The notes beneath the pieces are model-generated. The model did no database searches, was not told the DNA's origin, and worked only from the letters and a program-made list of their open reading frames with translations. The position numbers and the translations under genes are program-made. Source: Chrysomallon squamiferum (Eukaryota; Animalia; Mollusca). Taken from it: a DNA stretch of 64,000 nt. The stretch covers positions 9,672,001-9,736,000 of the forward strand of contig CM022678.1 in the NCBI GenBank assembly GCA_012295275.1, read 5' to 3'. Shown here in pieces: positions 1-14,242 of the stretch (positions within the stretch are counted from its first letter, which is position 1; each line of letters begins with the position of its first letter).

Positions 1-1914
1 TAACACTGACTTCAAACTAAAACTGAAGAGTAAATTCTAGATATATTAATTACTTCATAATTTTAGTTAACATCACAAAATTGCAAATGAAAAAAAAAAA
101 ACTCTGGAAATCTTTGTAATTGTATAAATACTTTAATCCTAGGATTAAATTAATTTCCTGTTTGAGAATCCATTTTCCCACTGGAATCTAGGACAGCATT
201 TTCCAAATTAAACACTGTTTTAAAAATATTTTCATGTTATTATTGAATTTTTTTTTTTAATTATTATTCTTAATATGTTAATTCTGTTTTTCAGCTGCAG
301 TAACACAAAAGTCAGGCAGCTGAAATTCTTGATTCTCTGGACTGCCTCTGAAATCCTGGTGATCTTCTCAAAGAGGTTATTAAAAATGGAAATGTGAGTG
401 GTTTAGGAAAATGTTGTCTTGGTGTTTCTAATTCTGCAGTACAGGTAGCTGTGATCCTTTCTCATTACCTCTCAGTAGTTATGTTGTTGTTGGTATTTGT
501 TGTTGTTGTTGTTGTTGTTTTTTTTATTCACTTTTTTTTTTTTTTTTTTGGATGACGTGAAACTAAAGTCGAAATTGAGACTTGTTTCTGACTCACTTGT
601 GGCTTTGCATCTGCTAAAAAAACATTTTTTTTTTTTTAATCTGCATTTACTATTGAACAAGAACAGATAATATTGAATTCACTGATAAGAAATGTTCACT
701 TACTAATAATGTTTATGACATCAAGGCAGACATCAAATGAAATAATGATACAGAACTCTCTGGTATGGAACTAGGCAAGTCTTAGATTGTAATGTTTATA
801 TCAGTTTTCATTTTCTTAAACAATAACTGAATAAGAATTTAAAAATATATATATATTGTTTTGTTATTTATTTATTTATTATTATTAACACTGAACAGTC
901 TATGCATTTTTCATTATCAGTAATAGAAAATATATAAATATTGATTTTGTTTCATAAAAAAACAATGAAAACTTATTTTTAAAAAACATGTAGTGCTATA
1001 AGAAGCATGAAGAAGATGTATTTTCCACAGAAACACATGAAAAATATCAAATAAACCCACTTTTAATAATCAACAGTGAAACAGTAAATTAAGTAAAATA
1101 TTCATTTTTCACAGTGACATACACTGAATTTTTTACTTTTTATTATTATTATTTGTTTTTTATATTGATCTTGCTTCTTTTTCAAAGTTTTTGGAAGCAG
1201 CACATTAAATTTCAGTTTTCACTTTATAAAGAGTTCAGTGCATAATGAGATGTGAACATTCATGTTTTTTTTTGTTTTTCTGTTAAAAAGGAAGAAGTGA
1301 GAAGACCTGAAATTAAGGAGATGTTTTATTATCTACACACAGTCTGATGGTGAAAAGAAGAGGTGTAAAGGTTACACCAACTTTTATTGTAAACAAAAAG
1401 CCCAGTAGACATGAAGAAATATGGATGGGTTTCCAGGTAAGTGTCCTTTTTAAATAAATGTATTAGGGTGAAGGTATAAATGAATACCAGATAATTAAAT
1501 GTGAGAGGTAGTTTAAAAAGAAGCTCATTGTATATTGAAAATTTAAGGGTTTTTCACTTTAATAATAAATCAAAAAAGTATCCAGTAACAGATGCACAGA
1601 TGGATAGAAAGACAGATGATGGATTGATACACAGATTATACAGACTGCATGAAAAACAGAGTCAGAAGGTTGATCAGTAGTCATAGTTAGGCAGGTGGTA
1701 AGAATATGGAATAATAAAATACACACAGACAGACAGACAGACAGATAGAAGACAGACCCTAGATAAAGAGATAGAGAGGAAGATACACAGACAGACAGAC
1801 AGAAGACAGATCCTAGATAAACTGATAGAGAGGAAGATATACAGACAGAAATAAAAGGTACAGTGATAATAACAACTAATTTGGACAGTAAGAGAGAAAC
1901 TAAATACAGTTTTA

Positions 1915-2100
1915 TAGACAGAGTGTGTTTGTAGATGGACAGACAGAAATACAGTTGTAATTAGGTATGTAGACACAGACAGAGTGTGTTTGTAGATGGA
2001 CAGACAGAAATACAGTTGTAATTAGGTGTGTAGACACAGACAGAGTGTGTTTGTAGATGGACAGACAGAAATACAGTTGTAATTAGGTGTGTAGACACAG
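1915..2100 (+). repeat. 61-bp tandem repeat x3
   Basis: GAGTGTGTTTGTAGATGGACAGACAGAAATACAGTTG.. at 1921, 1982, 2043. Confidence 0.9.
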
Positions 2101-2127
2101 ATAGATGTGCAGGTAGGCAGCTTGTTA

Positions 2128-3215
2128 ATAACACAGAACATATTTTCTCTTTTGATACAGATGAAATATTGTCTCAACCACGTTTACAGAACCCATTCAT
2201 TAAATATATAAATAAATTATTACTGTTTAGTTATTGTATTCAAAATGGCTGACATTGCATATGAAGTAACATCAGGTTTCCTTCCTTTTACATCTATTGT
2301 TGAAGTTTTTCATGAAAAAGTATCTGGAATTACCCAAAACACAAATGTATATTGCTTACAGTGTTATTCTGAAATCACTTCCAGACGAATGGAAAAGTTG
2401 TATTGACAGAAATACTAAATCACTGACACCTAATAAAGATTTATTTCTCTTTCATAATAATCACATGATAAATGTCAGTACATTTACAGTTAAAAATATT
2501 TTATTATATATTACTTTCAAAAAAATGTTAAAGCACCTACATGTGAAGAAAAATGGACTGAGTTTGGTTTTAATAAATTCTGGAGACCAGTTTGGAAATG
2601 GATACACTACAGTGTTAAATTTACTGAATTTACTGACTTAGATTTGAGAACAGCTCATCATGTAATATATACATATAGTAAATTATGTAGACATGGAAAA
2701 ATCTCATCTAGTGTTTGTCCAGTGTATCTGAAGGATAATGAAGATGTGTGCCATTTATTTTTGTATTGTGAAGAATTGTTGGAACTAAAATCTATCTTTC
2801 ATGAAATATGTATTCAAATATTTAAGAAAACAGGGTTTTCATTAGATCAATTAAAATACTATTAATATTTGGATGTTATCTAACAGTTAAAAATTGTTCA
2901 ATAGAATTTATAAATATTATTCTATCAATTTATAGAACATCAGTGTTCAAGAGGTGTGGGACAGATGAATTGAAAGGAACAAAATTAATATAATATCTGT
3001 TTTATTAGACAGTCTGTGTATCTGCTTTGTAATCATTCTTAATCAGTACAGTATTCAAAACAAAGTTTCAGTTTTCATTAACAAATATATTAAGAACAAT
3101 GTTAATCTAGAATTAAAAGATGACATAATTATTTTCAAATATGCTTTAGCAAATTGTAAGTAATCAATATTACTATGTCATAAAAATGGATAAAAGTTTT
3201 TTCATTATAAAATAA
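2128..3215 (+). mobile_element. 3' fragment of the same Tx1-like LINE (copy 1)
   Basis: Homologous to 41550-43050; frameshifted; CPVYLKDNEDVCHLFLYC. Confidence 0.88.
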
Positions 3216-4038
3216 AATTAATATATGTGAAAGTTTTTGTGTAGACAAGTATCTGAGTGTGTCTTTGTTTTTACTTTTTCAGACACATACCACAAAACAG
3301 ACAATCAGAATGGGACAAATCTAAAACAGCATAATGACAGGAACAAACTGGTATGAAACACAGACATTAACCTACAAATATCAACAGACATGTATTGAAT
3401 ATTTCTCAACAAACTGGTAAAGCAGATTAGAAACAGAGTCCAAAATAATTAATTTAGTATACAAATGTTTAAATATAATAAATAAAGTAAACTTACAAAT
3501 CTTCTCAAAGAGAGTCCATAATAATATGTATTGGTAATAAATTCTCAAACTACAAATAATAAGAAAAATTGTAGATTAAAATAGCTTGATAACTTAGCAA
3601 AGAGAGTCCATAATAATAAGTAAAGTAATTGTAGTATACAAATAGCTTGATAACTTAACAAGGAGAGTCCATAATAATAAGTAAAGTAATTGTAGTATAC
3701 AAATAGCTTGATAACTTAGTAATCTTCCATATTTCCATTAGCATTGTTTTATTTATTTTTTAGCTTATATTTATACTAGGAGTAATCAAAACCATTTCTT
3801 GTTTTGTTTTGAACTTGCCAGAAAACAGACTACTTTTTTATTTTTTTTTTTGGTGTGAAAGGTTAAAAAGAGATTTTGCTCTCCCTCAGTTTTTAGTATA
3901 ATTTGATAATTCTAAGAAAGACTCTATATAATGCATTTAGTAATTTATAATTTAGTAATTTAAAAAAAAAATACTGTTACAATAAAACATTAATTGTTAA
4001 TATATGTATCTGTCAAAAATAGGGATATTTTATATCAA

Positions 4039-4092
<54 letters not shown>

Positions 4093-5071
4093 AGAGGTTA
4101 CTACTATTAGTGATTTTTTAGAACTAGTATTATTCTTATAACTTGTTTGTTATTATTAGTGTATTTAAAAGTTACCAATCATTTTGAAAAAAATATTTTA
4201 TGACTGTTGTATTTATATTTGCAACCATGTTTTCTCTTGTATTCAAGGTCTGCCCTCTGTTAATATATATTTTTTTTTCTATTTTGTTATTTCCACAGAA
4301 GTGACGTGGGTTTCACATCATCGAAAATGAAAAGCTGATCATGTGATTCGACTGACTAATCTTCTTGTGAAACTGGAGTTTTTGTTGAAAGCAGCCAGAC
4401 CAAGACTTAAACTGCCACAAGCTTTACCACTTACTCACATCCACTCAGTCAGAATTTAAAATCTTTAAAAAATATTCAGGTAAATATGTCTGTAAATATG
4501 TCTTAGTCTGTCTGTCTGTTTGTCTTTCTGTCTGCATCCCTATTTATTTACTTTATTTCTACATCTCTCTGCTTTTCTGTTTGTCTGTGTGTATTTCTTT
4601 CCTTGAAAATGTTCAGATAAATATATTTGTCTCTATGAGAATCTGTCTATACACCTATGTCTCTACTTACTAAATACTTTTCTGTTTGTCCTTCTGTATG
4701 TCAGTCTGTGTCTTTACATCATTTCTTATTTGTCCCTAATTAGCAAGTTTCTTTGTTTTTTCTTTCTTTCTTTTCTTTATGTTTTTGTATTGATATATTT
4801 TTGCATTGTAATATTTTTGAAGTATAATAAAGAAAGAAAATATTTTAAATAATCTATCTTTAAGTTCTCTTTTGATAATTCTGAACATAAATAGCTTAAG
4901 AATCAGTTTTTTAAATAATTCTAAATTTATAGTTTTAATTTATAAAAATGATCGATAAACAAGTTTTAGTAGACAGTTGATTATTTTTATTTTATTTATT
5001 TTTATTTATTTATGAATCTTTCTTTCTATCTTCTGTCTGTGATCGTATGTATGTATGTATGTGTCAATCAT

Positions 5072-5102
<31 letters not shown>

Positions 5103-5576
5103 TTTTCTTATTTTCTTATTATTCTTGATTTATTTAAAATATAATCATACTGAATTACATAACATTGGATATTTACATTCATTATTATTAATCTTTTCAT
5201 TATTTTAATTAATATTACAACCTACTGAATAATTTAGTGTTCTGTATTTTCATTAATTATTAACACCTTTATTTTTGTTTATTTACTTATTTTTTAACTA
5301 GGTTTTAAATTTATCAGGAAACAGTTTTGGAATCCAGGCTTTCCGAGCTGTGTGTTTGGCAATGTGTTCTAACACAACAGTGATCTTCCTTAGCCTCACC
5401 ACCAACAAAACAGACACTGAGAGTGCTGTGAGTAATCTTAATTATAACTGTTATAAAATGTTTTATAATGATAATAACAGTAGTGGTAGTAGTAATAATA
5501 ATAATAATAATAAAAACAATAATAATGGCAATAATAGTATTAGTAATAATAATAATAGTAGTAGTAATAAAAATAA

Positions 5577-5628
<52 letters not shown>

Positions 5629-6611
5629 AATAGTAATAAAACCAGTTTAAAGAATTCCATATTCATTATATAATGCTTATACTAATAATAAGAAATTATT
5701 TTTTATATTTATATATGTTTAATTATGAAAAAAACCTTATTTTCTTTTCTTGTTCTTCAGCTTCTTCTTCACCATCTTCTTCTTATTATTATTATTAATA
5801 TTATTATTGTCATTATTATTGTTCTTATTGTTGTTATTATTATTAATATTAATATTGTCACTGTTATTGTTATTGTTGTTATTTTTAGTAAGTAGTAATT
5901 AGTATTAACAGTTAGCTACTAATATTACTATTTCTACTAATATTACTACTTCTACTAATATTACTATTTCTACTAATATTACTACTTCTGCTACTGCCAC
6001 TGTCACTACTGTTATTCTACTACTGAAAAAATAGTTACTAACAGTGACTTTCAACACACTAAAGCTATAAATATATCTATTTACCACTATGTCTGTTTCT
6101 GCTATTTCTACTGTAGCTACTTATATTGCACATTTTAATTCTATTATTTTTATACTGTTATTACATCTACTACTTCTACTACTACCACTGTTACTACTAT
6201 GGTGTCTACTTATTGTATCTACTTGTACTACACAACCTAAGCTAATTCTACCACAGTTATCACTATCACTGTTACTGCTGCAATTACTACTACTAGTACT
6301 GTTACTACTAATACTACAACTACTACCACTGTTACTGTCACCACTAATACTACAACTATTACCCCTATTACTACTATTTTTATTAATACTACAACTATTA
6401 CTACTCCTGGTACTATTACCGTTAATACTACAACTACAAATTCTGCTGCTGCTGTTATTACTACTACTACTACTACCACTACTACAACTGCTGCTGCTAC
6501 TACTACTGTTACTAATAAAAAAAAAACTACAACACTACCACTGTTACTACTAGCCCTATTGCTGGTATTAATACAACTACTACCACTGCTGTTGATACTA
6601 TTACTACTGTG

Positions 6612-7620
6612 AAAACTGACCTCGGCCTAGCCATCCTGTACAAGAATGACCCAGACTTGCAGATGTGAATCTGACGTACTGTGGCACTCCACTGCTTCTG
6701 ACTGCTGAGGTCCAGGGTGCCTGGTTGTAAGACATGAATTTGACATACTGTGGCACTCCACTGCTTCTGACTGCTGAGGTCCAGGGTGCCTGGTTGTAAG
6801 ACATGAATCTGACATACTGTGGCACTCCACTGCTTCTGACTGCTGAGGTCCAGGGTGCCTGGTTGTAAGACATGCATCTGACATACTGTGGCACTCCACT
6901 GCTTCTGACTGCTGAGGTCCAGGGTGCCTGGTTGGAAGACATGAATCTGACATACTGTGGCACTCCACTGCTTCTGACTGCTGAGGTCCAGGGTGCCTGG
7001 TTGGAAGACATGAATCTGACATACTGTGGCACTCCACTGCTTCTGACTGCTGAGGTCCAGGGTGCCTGGTTGGAAGACATGAATCTGACATACTGTGGCA
7101 CTCCACTGCTTCTGACTGCTGAGGTCCAGGGTGCCTGGTTGGAAGACATGAATCTGACATACTGTGGCACTGCACTGCTTCTGACTGCTGAGGTCCAGGG
7201 TGCCTGGTTGGAAGACATGAATCTGTGTCCCAAGAGCAGTCGAGATGAACGATTACACAGTGACAAACTGGGTGGACGATGACTCCCACTTTCCTGTTCT
7301 CTTGTGGAACCACTTTGCCAGCACAGGACCCAGGACAAACAACAACTTGGAGGGGTTCCACTCAAGGCTCAACAGAGCTCTACCCCACCAGCACCCCAAC
7401 ACCTACAAGTTTGTAGACCTCATCCAAGGAATCGAGAAGGCAGAACGGGCCAGAAGGATTCAGATCCAGTTTGGAAATGCAGCTCCACCCAGGAAGCGAG
7501 TGTACAGGGAATGTGACAACCGGCTAGGATGTCTCAAGAGACAGTTGCAGGCTGGAGACAAGTCATATCTCCAGTACCTCGATGCGGATGGACACCTCAT
7601 GAAACTTGAACTTCATAACT
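6612..7620 (+). mobile_element. MULE-type transposase C-terminal relic interrupted by a minisatellite (copy 1)
   Basis: DLGLAILYKNDPDLQ.., AEVQGAWLE, NWVDDDSHFPVLLWNHF..GPRTNNNLEGFHSRLN..HPNTYKFVDLIQ: the WN..RTNN.LEG.H..L / HPN motif set of animal MULE transposases. Confidence 0.75.
6666..7225 (+). repeat. 69-bp minisatellite, ~8 units
   Basis: Unit ATGAATCTGACATACTGTGGCACTCCACTGCTTCTGACTGCTGAGGTCCAGGGTGCCTGGTTGGAAGAC. Confidence 0.95.
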
Positions 7621-8094
7621 CGGTTGATCATAGTGTATCTGAACACAGTGTCCCTGAATATAGTGCTTGAACTTTGAATAATACTATCTCTGAATATAGT
7701 GCTTGAATATTAAAAATTCAATTTGTTTTGTGGCCTAGACCATTGTCTTATTTGATGGTACCGTTTTGTTTCTAGCACTTTATAGGCAAAATGTTTTTGG
7801 TAAACAGGAATAGTTGGATGTGTTGAATAATTCTGTAGGAAATGATTATTTCTCTCACTGTGTCAGTCCAGCTCTTAAAGAAAACACAACACTGAACACT
7901 CTCACGTTTTCTTCTTATTATTATTTTAATCATGTCATTTTATTAGCGTTTCTTTATCTGCCACTATTTCAGTTTTCATTCTCTTTCTGTTTCTGTCTCT
8001 CAGATTTTCTAGTATATATATACTGTCCACTCAGTAAAGAAATTCACTTTCATTCATAAATTATTATAATATTCAGTGGTATAATGTAGGAGCA

Positions 8095-8200
<106 letters not shown>

Positions 8201-8777
8201 GTGTATTTCATTCTCTATCTTGATTTGACAAATTTCTCATTTTTATATTTTTTATTTTTTTTCTGTTTTCTTTTTCTGCTGATAGTTAAAATACAGTTGC
8301 CTAGTTCCTTAATACTGTTTGTCATTTATTTCAAATCATCCAGAATCCAAACCAGACACAGGTTCTCTACAGGAATTAAATCAACTCCAGTTATTTAACC
8401 AACCAGCTGTTGCAGTTTCTGGTAGAATGTTTCCTTGGAAAACTCCTTTCTTTGAAGGATGTGGACGTTGGAAATAATCCTGACCTATCTGTATCTGTCA
8501 CTGATGATTTAGTTAAACTTACTTCAGGTAATTTTTTCTTAGTTTTATAAATGTTTATAATATTTAAATAATTATTCTATATATTTTATGTAATCCTGAT
8601 CTTTCCACATCTGTCATTGACAAGTTAGTTAAACTTATCTCAGGTACTTAGAAGATAAACTAAACTTTTTATTTCTAAAATAATTTTATGTAGATTTTTT
8701 CATCTACTTAAATAATTGTTAATTATTAGGTATGTGTTATTAAATAGGTAAAAACTGCTTGTTTCCTTTTTGTCTTG

Positions 8778-8833
<56 letters not shown>

Positions 8834-9160
8834 CTCTCTCTCAATCTTCTCCAACACATTATTTCTCTCAGTAAATTTTTATTTTCATCAATAATTGTCA
8901 ACCTCATTCTAGTTTCTCTCTCTTTCTTCTCTGTATTTTCTTTCTCATTCATTCTTTGTTATTCTGTTCGTGTTTGTGTCTGGCATCTGTCAGTGTATTT
9001 GTCATCTGCCGTTGGTATTTAGGGTTAGTTGTTTCTGAGTTTCTGTCTGTCTGTGTATGTGTTATTATTTCTGCATTAAAAATATGAATAAATGTTCACA
9101 CACAGACACACACACACACAAACACGCACACATAACCAATAACTTCCTTAAAATATAAAT

Positions 9161-9255
9161 TCAAACTTGGCTGAAACCGACTTTGACCCTGTCAGTCAAG
9201 CAATCAGAAATCCTGTGCACATGCTTAAACCATCAGCCAATCGGATTACAGATGT
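9161..9255 (-). mobile_element. Possible degenerate tRNA-derived SINE head (paralogue 51241-51335)
   Basis: Minus strand has an A-box-like TGGCTGATGG and a B-box-like GGTCAAAGTC at tRNA-like spacing; no intact cloverleaf. Confidence 0.3.
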
Positions 9256-10099
9256 TTAAATAACACAGTTTGTGGAGTCCATGTTTGAAGCATAAGAAAC
9301 ATCCACAAAGTGTTCTTGATTTATCTGATAATACCTTTTTAAATGTTATTTTAATTCTGGAGAGAAATCTGACAATATTATCACCAGAAATATATATATT
9401 TTTGTATTATTCATTATTCTGTGTTTACTTTTTTTTTTACTCTCTCGTTTTCTCAAATTTCATTTATAGATAGATAGATAGATAGATAAACACATGCCTC
9501 TCAATCTCTGCTTCTGCCTTTTACAATTAATATTGTAATTTTAGCTTTACATATATTTATATTCCTGAGAATGAGTGAGTGTGTGTGTATCAGCAATACT
9601 GATAATTGCTACTACTCAGATAATAGGGTGTGTGTTAAGAAATATTTGGTTATCAGTTTATGTTTAGATGCTTTGTACAAAATACTCAGATCTGTTTTAT
9701 TTAAATTTAAGATTTAAATTGACGGTGCTTCTAGTCTTTGTTTATACCATCAAGGGACACAACTTCAGTTAAAGAGCTTGAATATTAGGTAAGCTTGACA
9801 TAATAAATTATTTCTACATTTTTCAGTAAAAAATTAAAATTTTTATAAAATTAAATTAGTTTTTAGTGCAAAATAATAAAACAGAAACTTGCATGTTGTT
9901 TGAGATTTATTATATTTACTTTTCTGTTATTATTTGTGACAGAGATGTAATTAGCACCAAAAACATCAGCAGCAGCATGTAATGTGGTGGTGACAGTAGC
10001 AGCTATGATGTAGTCAACATCAGCAGTAGTAATAAATAAACAAACAAACAAACAAACAAACAAATAAACAAACAAATAAATAAATAAATAAATAAACAG

Positions 10100-10165
10100 C
10101 CTAAACCTAACCGTTATCCTAACCCTAACACTAATCCTATCCCTACCTCTAACCTAAGCTAATCT
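10100..10165 (+). repeat. Degenerate (CCCTAA)n-like tract (paralogue 51802-51870)
   Basis: CCTAAACCTAACCGTTATCCTAACCCTAACACTAATCCTATCCCTA. Confidence 0.6.
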
Positions 10166-10760
10166 AATGGTAAAAACAAGAAAAAAAGAAATAATACTAA
10201 ATAAAATGGTTTATTATTGTTAATGCTGTTGTGTTGTTTTCTTTCTGAATTATTAATATAAATTTAATTAATTTTAAGGTCTCACTGTCAAGAAGTCAGG
10301 GGAGAAAGTTGAATCATCTTGTAGTTGTCTCCCTTCAGTTGCAGACAGCTTCCTGACAGCACTTGGAGGACATCCTGGTAAACAGTTATATTTGTTTTTT
10401 ATTTTTAACATTTATAAGGTTCACATTTATTGAAATTTGTCATCTCATTTATTTATTTATTTATCTTGCTCTAGGAATGCTGGGTAATATGATGCACTGT
10501 CCAGCCATTCTCACAGACAAAGGAACAGTCAACTTCTGACTCTGACACTAGGTGATGTCCTTGACATTGCAGCCATGTTGAAAGGTCATGGTGAGTGATT
10601 ATATAGTATGTAGTATGTAATAATAACAGTTCACAGCTATCTGTCTGTCTTTCTGTGTATCTGTCTATCTATCTTTCTATCTGTAATAACAAACATCACA
10701 TTCTGCTTATTTATGAATATTTATATTTGGTTGTCTCTCCCACTTGAAGCTTCTCTATGT

Positions 10761-10829
<69 letters not shown>

Positions 10830-12029
10830 TGTTCTTGTTGTTTTTTTGTTTTTTTTATTTCTTTATAATTCTTGATTGTTAATATATTAAAATGGAAACC
10901 TATTATTTATATATATTGTTTTCTTCTTCTTTTAGAGACCTGTTATTTAATTGTGAATTTTATTGTTAGTAATCTTATTTTGTATTATTATGGTACTGTA
11001 CCTTTTTATTGTTAATATAATGTAATTTCTTATTATGATTATTATTTTAACATTTTTTTATTATTATTTTATGTATTTGTCTTATTACAATTATTATTAA
11101 TATTACTATTGTTATTAGTCTTATTATAATGTATTTTTGTTATTATTACTGCTACAACTATTACAAATACTACTGTTGTTTCTATTGCTGTTACAACTGC
11201 TACTCCTCCTCTCCTGCTACTACTACTGTTACTAAAACCACTACTACCTCTACTACTACTACTACTACCACTACTGCTATAACTACTGCTACTGTTTCAA
11301 TTTGCCAGGATCCAGTTACTGGTTCAAACAGTGGTATAGCATGGATACTGATGTCTGATTCTGTAACTGTAGACAAGGCTATAGATTATTACAACAGAGT
11401 AGAGGTATTCCATTTAAATCATCAGTGTTTGATTAATTATATATAAATGTCATTTGATTTACATACTACTCCCAGTCTGTCAGCTTCTCTCACTCTTTCT
11501 GTGTGTGTATGTGTGTGTGTTACATCTGCCTAATCCTATTAACTATATATCTGTTTACCAGTGTCTACAATTACCTTTCTTTCTGTCTGTCTGTCTGATT
11601 GTCTACATCATCAACCTACCTATCTAGCCAATATCTACCAGTCTCTAAATAATGTTACTTAATAAATACATCTATGTATCTCTGTATTCTTGTGTTTTAC
11701 ATTTCTCTCTTTCTAATTAAAAACATGTGTTTATTGTTATCTAGGCTGACCATTCATAGAGTCAAGAACTAACATTAAAGTTGATGATGTTAAAAGTACA
11801 GAACTGCAGGTAAAAGTCAGGTATAGTGATGATGTCATTGTCTTTTTATTTCTCTCTCACTATCTCTAATTGTCTCCTAGCCTGTCTGATTTTCTCTTTC
11901 ACTTTCTTTCTTTCTTTCATTGTCTTTCCCTGTTCATAAAGTGTATATGCATAATTATGATAGCTAGGTTTAAACAAAGTAGTTGGTTTTTGCCTTGATG
12001 CTCATGGAAAGGCTGACATATAACAAAAT

Positions 12030-12086
<57 letters not shown>

Positions 12087-13547
12087 TAACTGATAAAAAA
12101 AATATGAAAAAAATAATCCTTTCATTTGTAATTATGTCTATTGATACCATTATTTTTGTAAAATAGACAGGTATGAAAGCTTATCTTTAAATAACTGAGA
12201 TTTTTGATAGTCATTGTTTTTACAAACTATACGAATGAATGAATGTTTAAGGCCACCCCAGCATGTAAAGTATATCAGCTACTGGGTGACAAACAAAGAT
12301 AAATATAACAATACAAACCATACAAACCAATACCTAATTACATTAATATTAAATATTGAAATGTTTTTCTCAGACAAGAAGTGGAGAAGAGGATGAAAGT
12401 GAGACAAGCTGAAGATTCAGCTCATCCTGAGCTAATTGTGCAGAACACAGAGGAGTCATGGAAACGTCACACTTACAGATTAGCTCACCCTGTGTATACT
12501 GATGATAGAATGTGGTGACAGTGAATGTGTAGCTTATCTGATGAAAGAAAATTATTTTCAGTTACAGTTCTATCAGGTGCATTCTGAGAGAATAGTATTT
12601 TCTCTTTTCCAGTTTGTATGAGGATAAAATAATATTATTAATAACAGATTCAGTATTTTCTGACATATTTTCTTTTGTCCTGCTTGTCTGATAATAACAT
12701 ACATTGTTAATAATATATCCCGTTTTTTATCCTGATTATAGAGGTTAAGTTTTCTATGCCACTCTGTATTTTCTGATATAGATACTGTTAATTCCACTTC
12801 ATAGAAAATGATTTTAAAAAGACTCTGTAGAAAAGTTTTCTGACACAAAGAATGATAATTTCAACCATACAACTCAACTGATGATTGTCGCCTCTATCCA
12901 GTGTTCTGATATAGAAAATAATAATTTCTACCATCCTGTTTGTATGATTTTTTTAATGCTCTACTCAACATTTTCTGATACACAGAATAACATGACCTGC
13001 TGTTAATTCACACACTGATATTTATGTGCTGATAAAATGCATGGACCATAAAGTTTATAAAGGAAATCATATTTTTATTAGATTTTTGTTTTCATTGGCC
13101 AGTTATTACAAGAAGTGTTTTTGATAATAATCAGTTGTTATCTATTAAATTTATGTTCTGCACTGTAAGTGTGAGGATGTGTGTCAGTATGTATGTTGGT
13201 ATGTGTCTGTATGTGTTTGTGTGTTTTGGTGTATATATGTGTATGTGTCAGTATGTATGTTGGTATATCTCTGAATATATGTGTGCCTGTATGTGTTTGT
13301 GTGTTTTGGTGTATGTATGTTTATGTGTCAGTATGTATGTTTATGTGTCAGTATGTATGTTGGTATGTCTGTTTGTGTGGGTTTTGCCTAAGTGAATGTG
13401 TGTGACTGTGTGAATGTGTATTTTCTGTTGTGTGAGTATTGGAATGTTATTGCTGTTTGGTTTGTGTCTTTTACTTGTGTATATGTGATATATGTATATT
13501 TATGTATGCACAAAATACAACATAAACTCAGCAGATAAAGCATCAGA

Positions 13548-13762
13548 TCAATCTATTTAGCACACTTTAATAAAAAACAGATTCATTTTTAATACTAGCT
13601 CCTGTTAAATACAGTAATCAATTTATTTAGCACACTTTAATAAAAAATAGATTAATTTGTAACACTAGCTCTTGTTAAATAAAGTAATTAATTTATTTAG
13701 CACACTTTAATAAAAAACAGATTAATTTTTAATACTAGCTCCTGTTAAATAAAGTAATTAAT
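13548..13762 (+). repeat. 70-bp tandem repeat x3
   Basis: TATTTAGCACACTTTAATAAAAAACAGATT.. at 70-bp spacing. Confidence 0.85.
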
Positions 13763-14206
13763 TATCCAATGTAATAATTTAAAATAGGTAAAAAAAAAAT
13801 AATATGTAACAGTTAAATTATATTTTGTTTTTACAATATTTTTGTTTATAATGCACATGTATCAGTATTATGTTTTTTAGAGGCATTTTTAATTAATTAA
13901 TTTTTATATTTGTTACAATTTTGCTGTTGAATGTGATTTTTTAATTCATTGTTACTGTTTCTTGGTAAATAAAAAAGAGATATAAAACTGTTTTCAGGGT
14001 GTTTATTATTAGTGATTTTGTTTTTAATTTGGGTGGGAAACTGTATTTGCTTTCTTTCTTTATTTCATGTTTTAACAATATAAATAAAGTTTTATCAAAA
14101 AAGAGTTATTTCCCTTATATTATGAAAATTATTATCCATGGCCAGTTGCTTATAATATCATAAATTAATAATAATAATAATCATAATAATAATAATTATA
14201 ATAATA

Positions 14207-14242
<36 letters not shown>

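Larger units (their letters stand above)
295..4479 (+). pseudogene. Unassigned decayed exon-like segments (295-392, ~1291-1436, 4299-4479; paralogues near 32666, 33660, 44529)
   Basis: Polypyrimidine-AG acceptors and GTGAGT/GTAAGT/GTAAAT donors around higher-GC segments; frames interrupted; product not recognised. Confidence 0.45.

Noticed and set aside
5463-6553. Poly-L/I/N/V ORFs, and similar CV/HT/SL/ER/MY ORFs elsewhere
   Set aside because: Translations of (AAT)n, (ACT)n, (GT)n, (CT)n and (ATGT)n simple repeats.
10100-10165. Telomere or chromosome fusion site
   Set aside because: Short, degenerate, intronic and duplicated with the block.
14165-14242. (AAT)n-(ATT)n hairpin (also 56150-56258)
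   Set aside because: A common microsatellite juxtaposition in AT-rich genomes with no sign of function.
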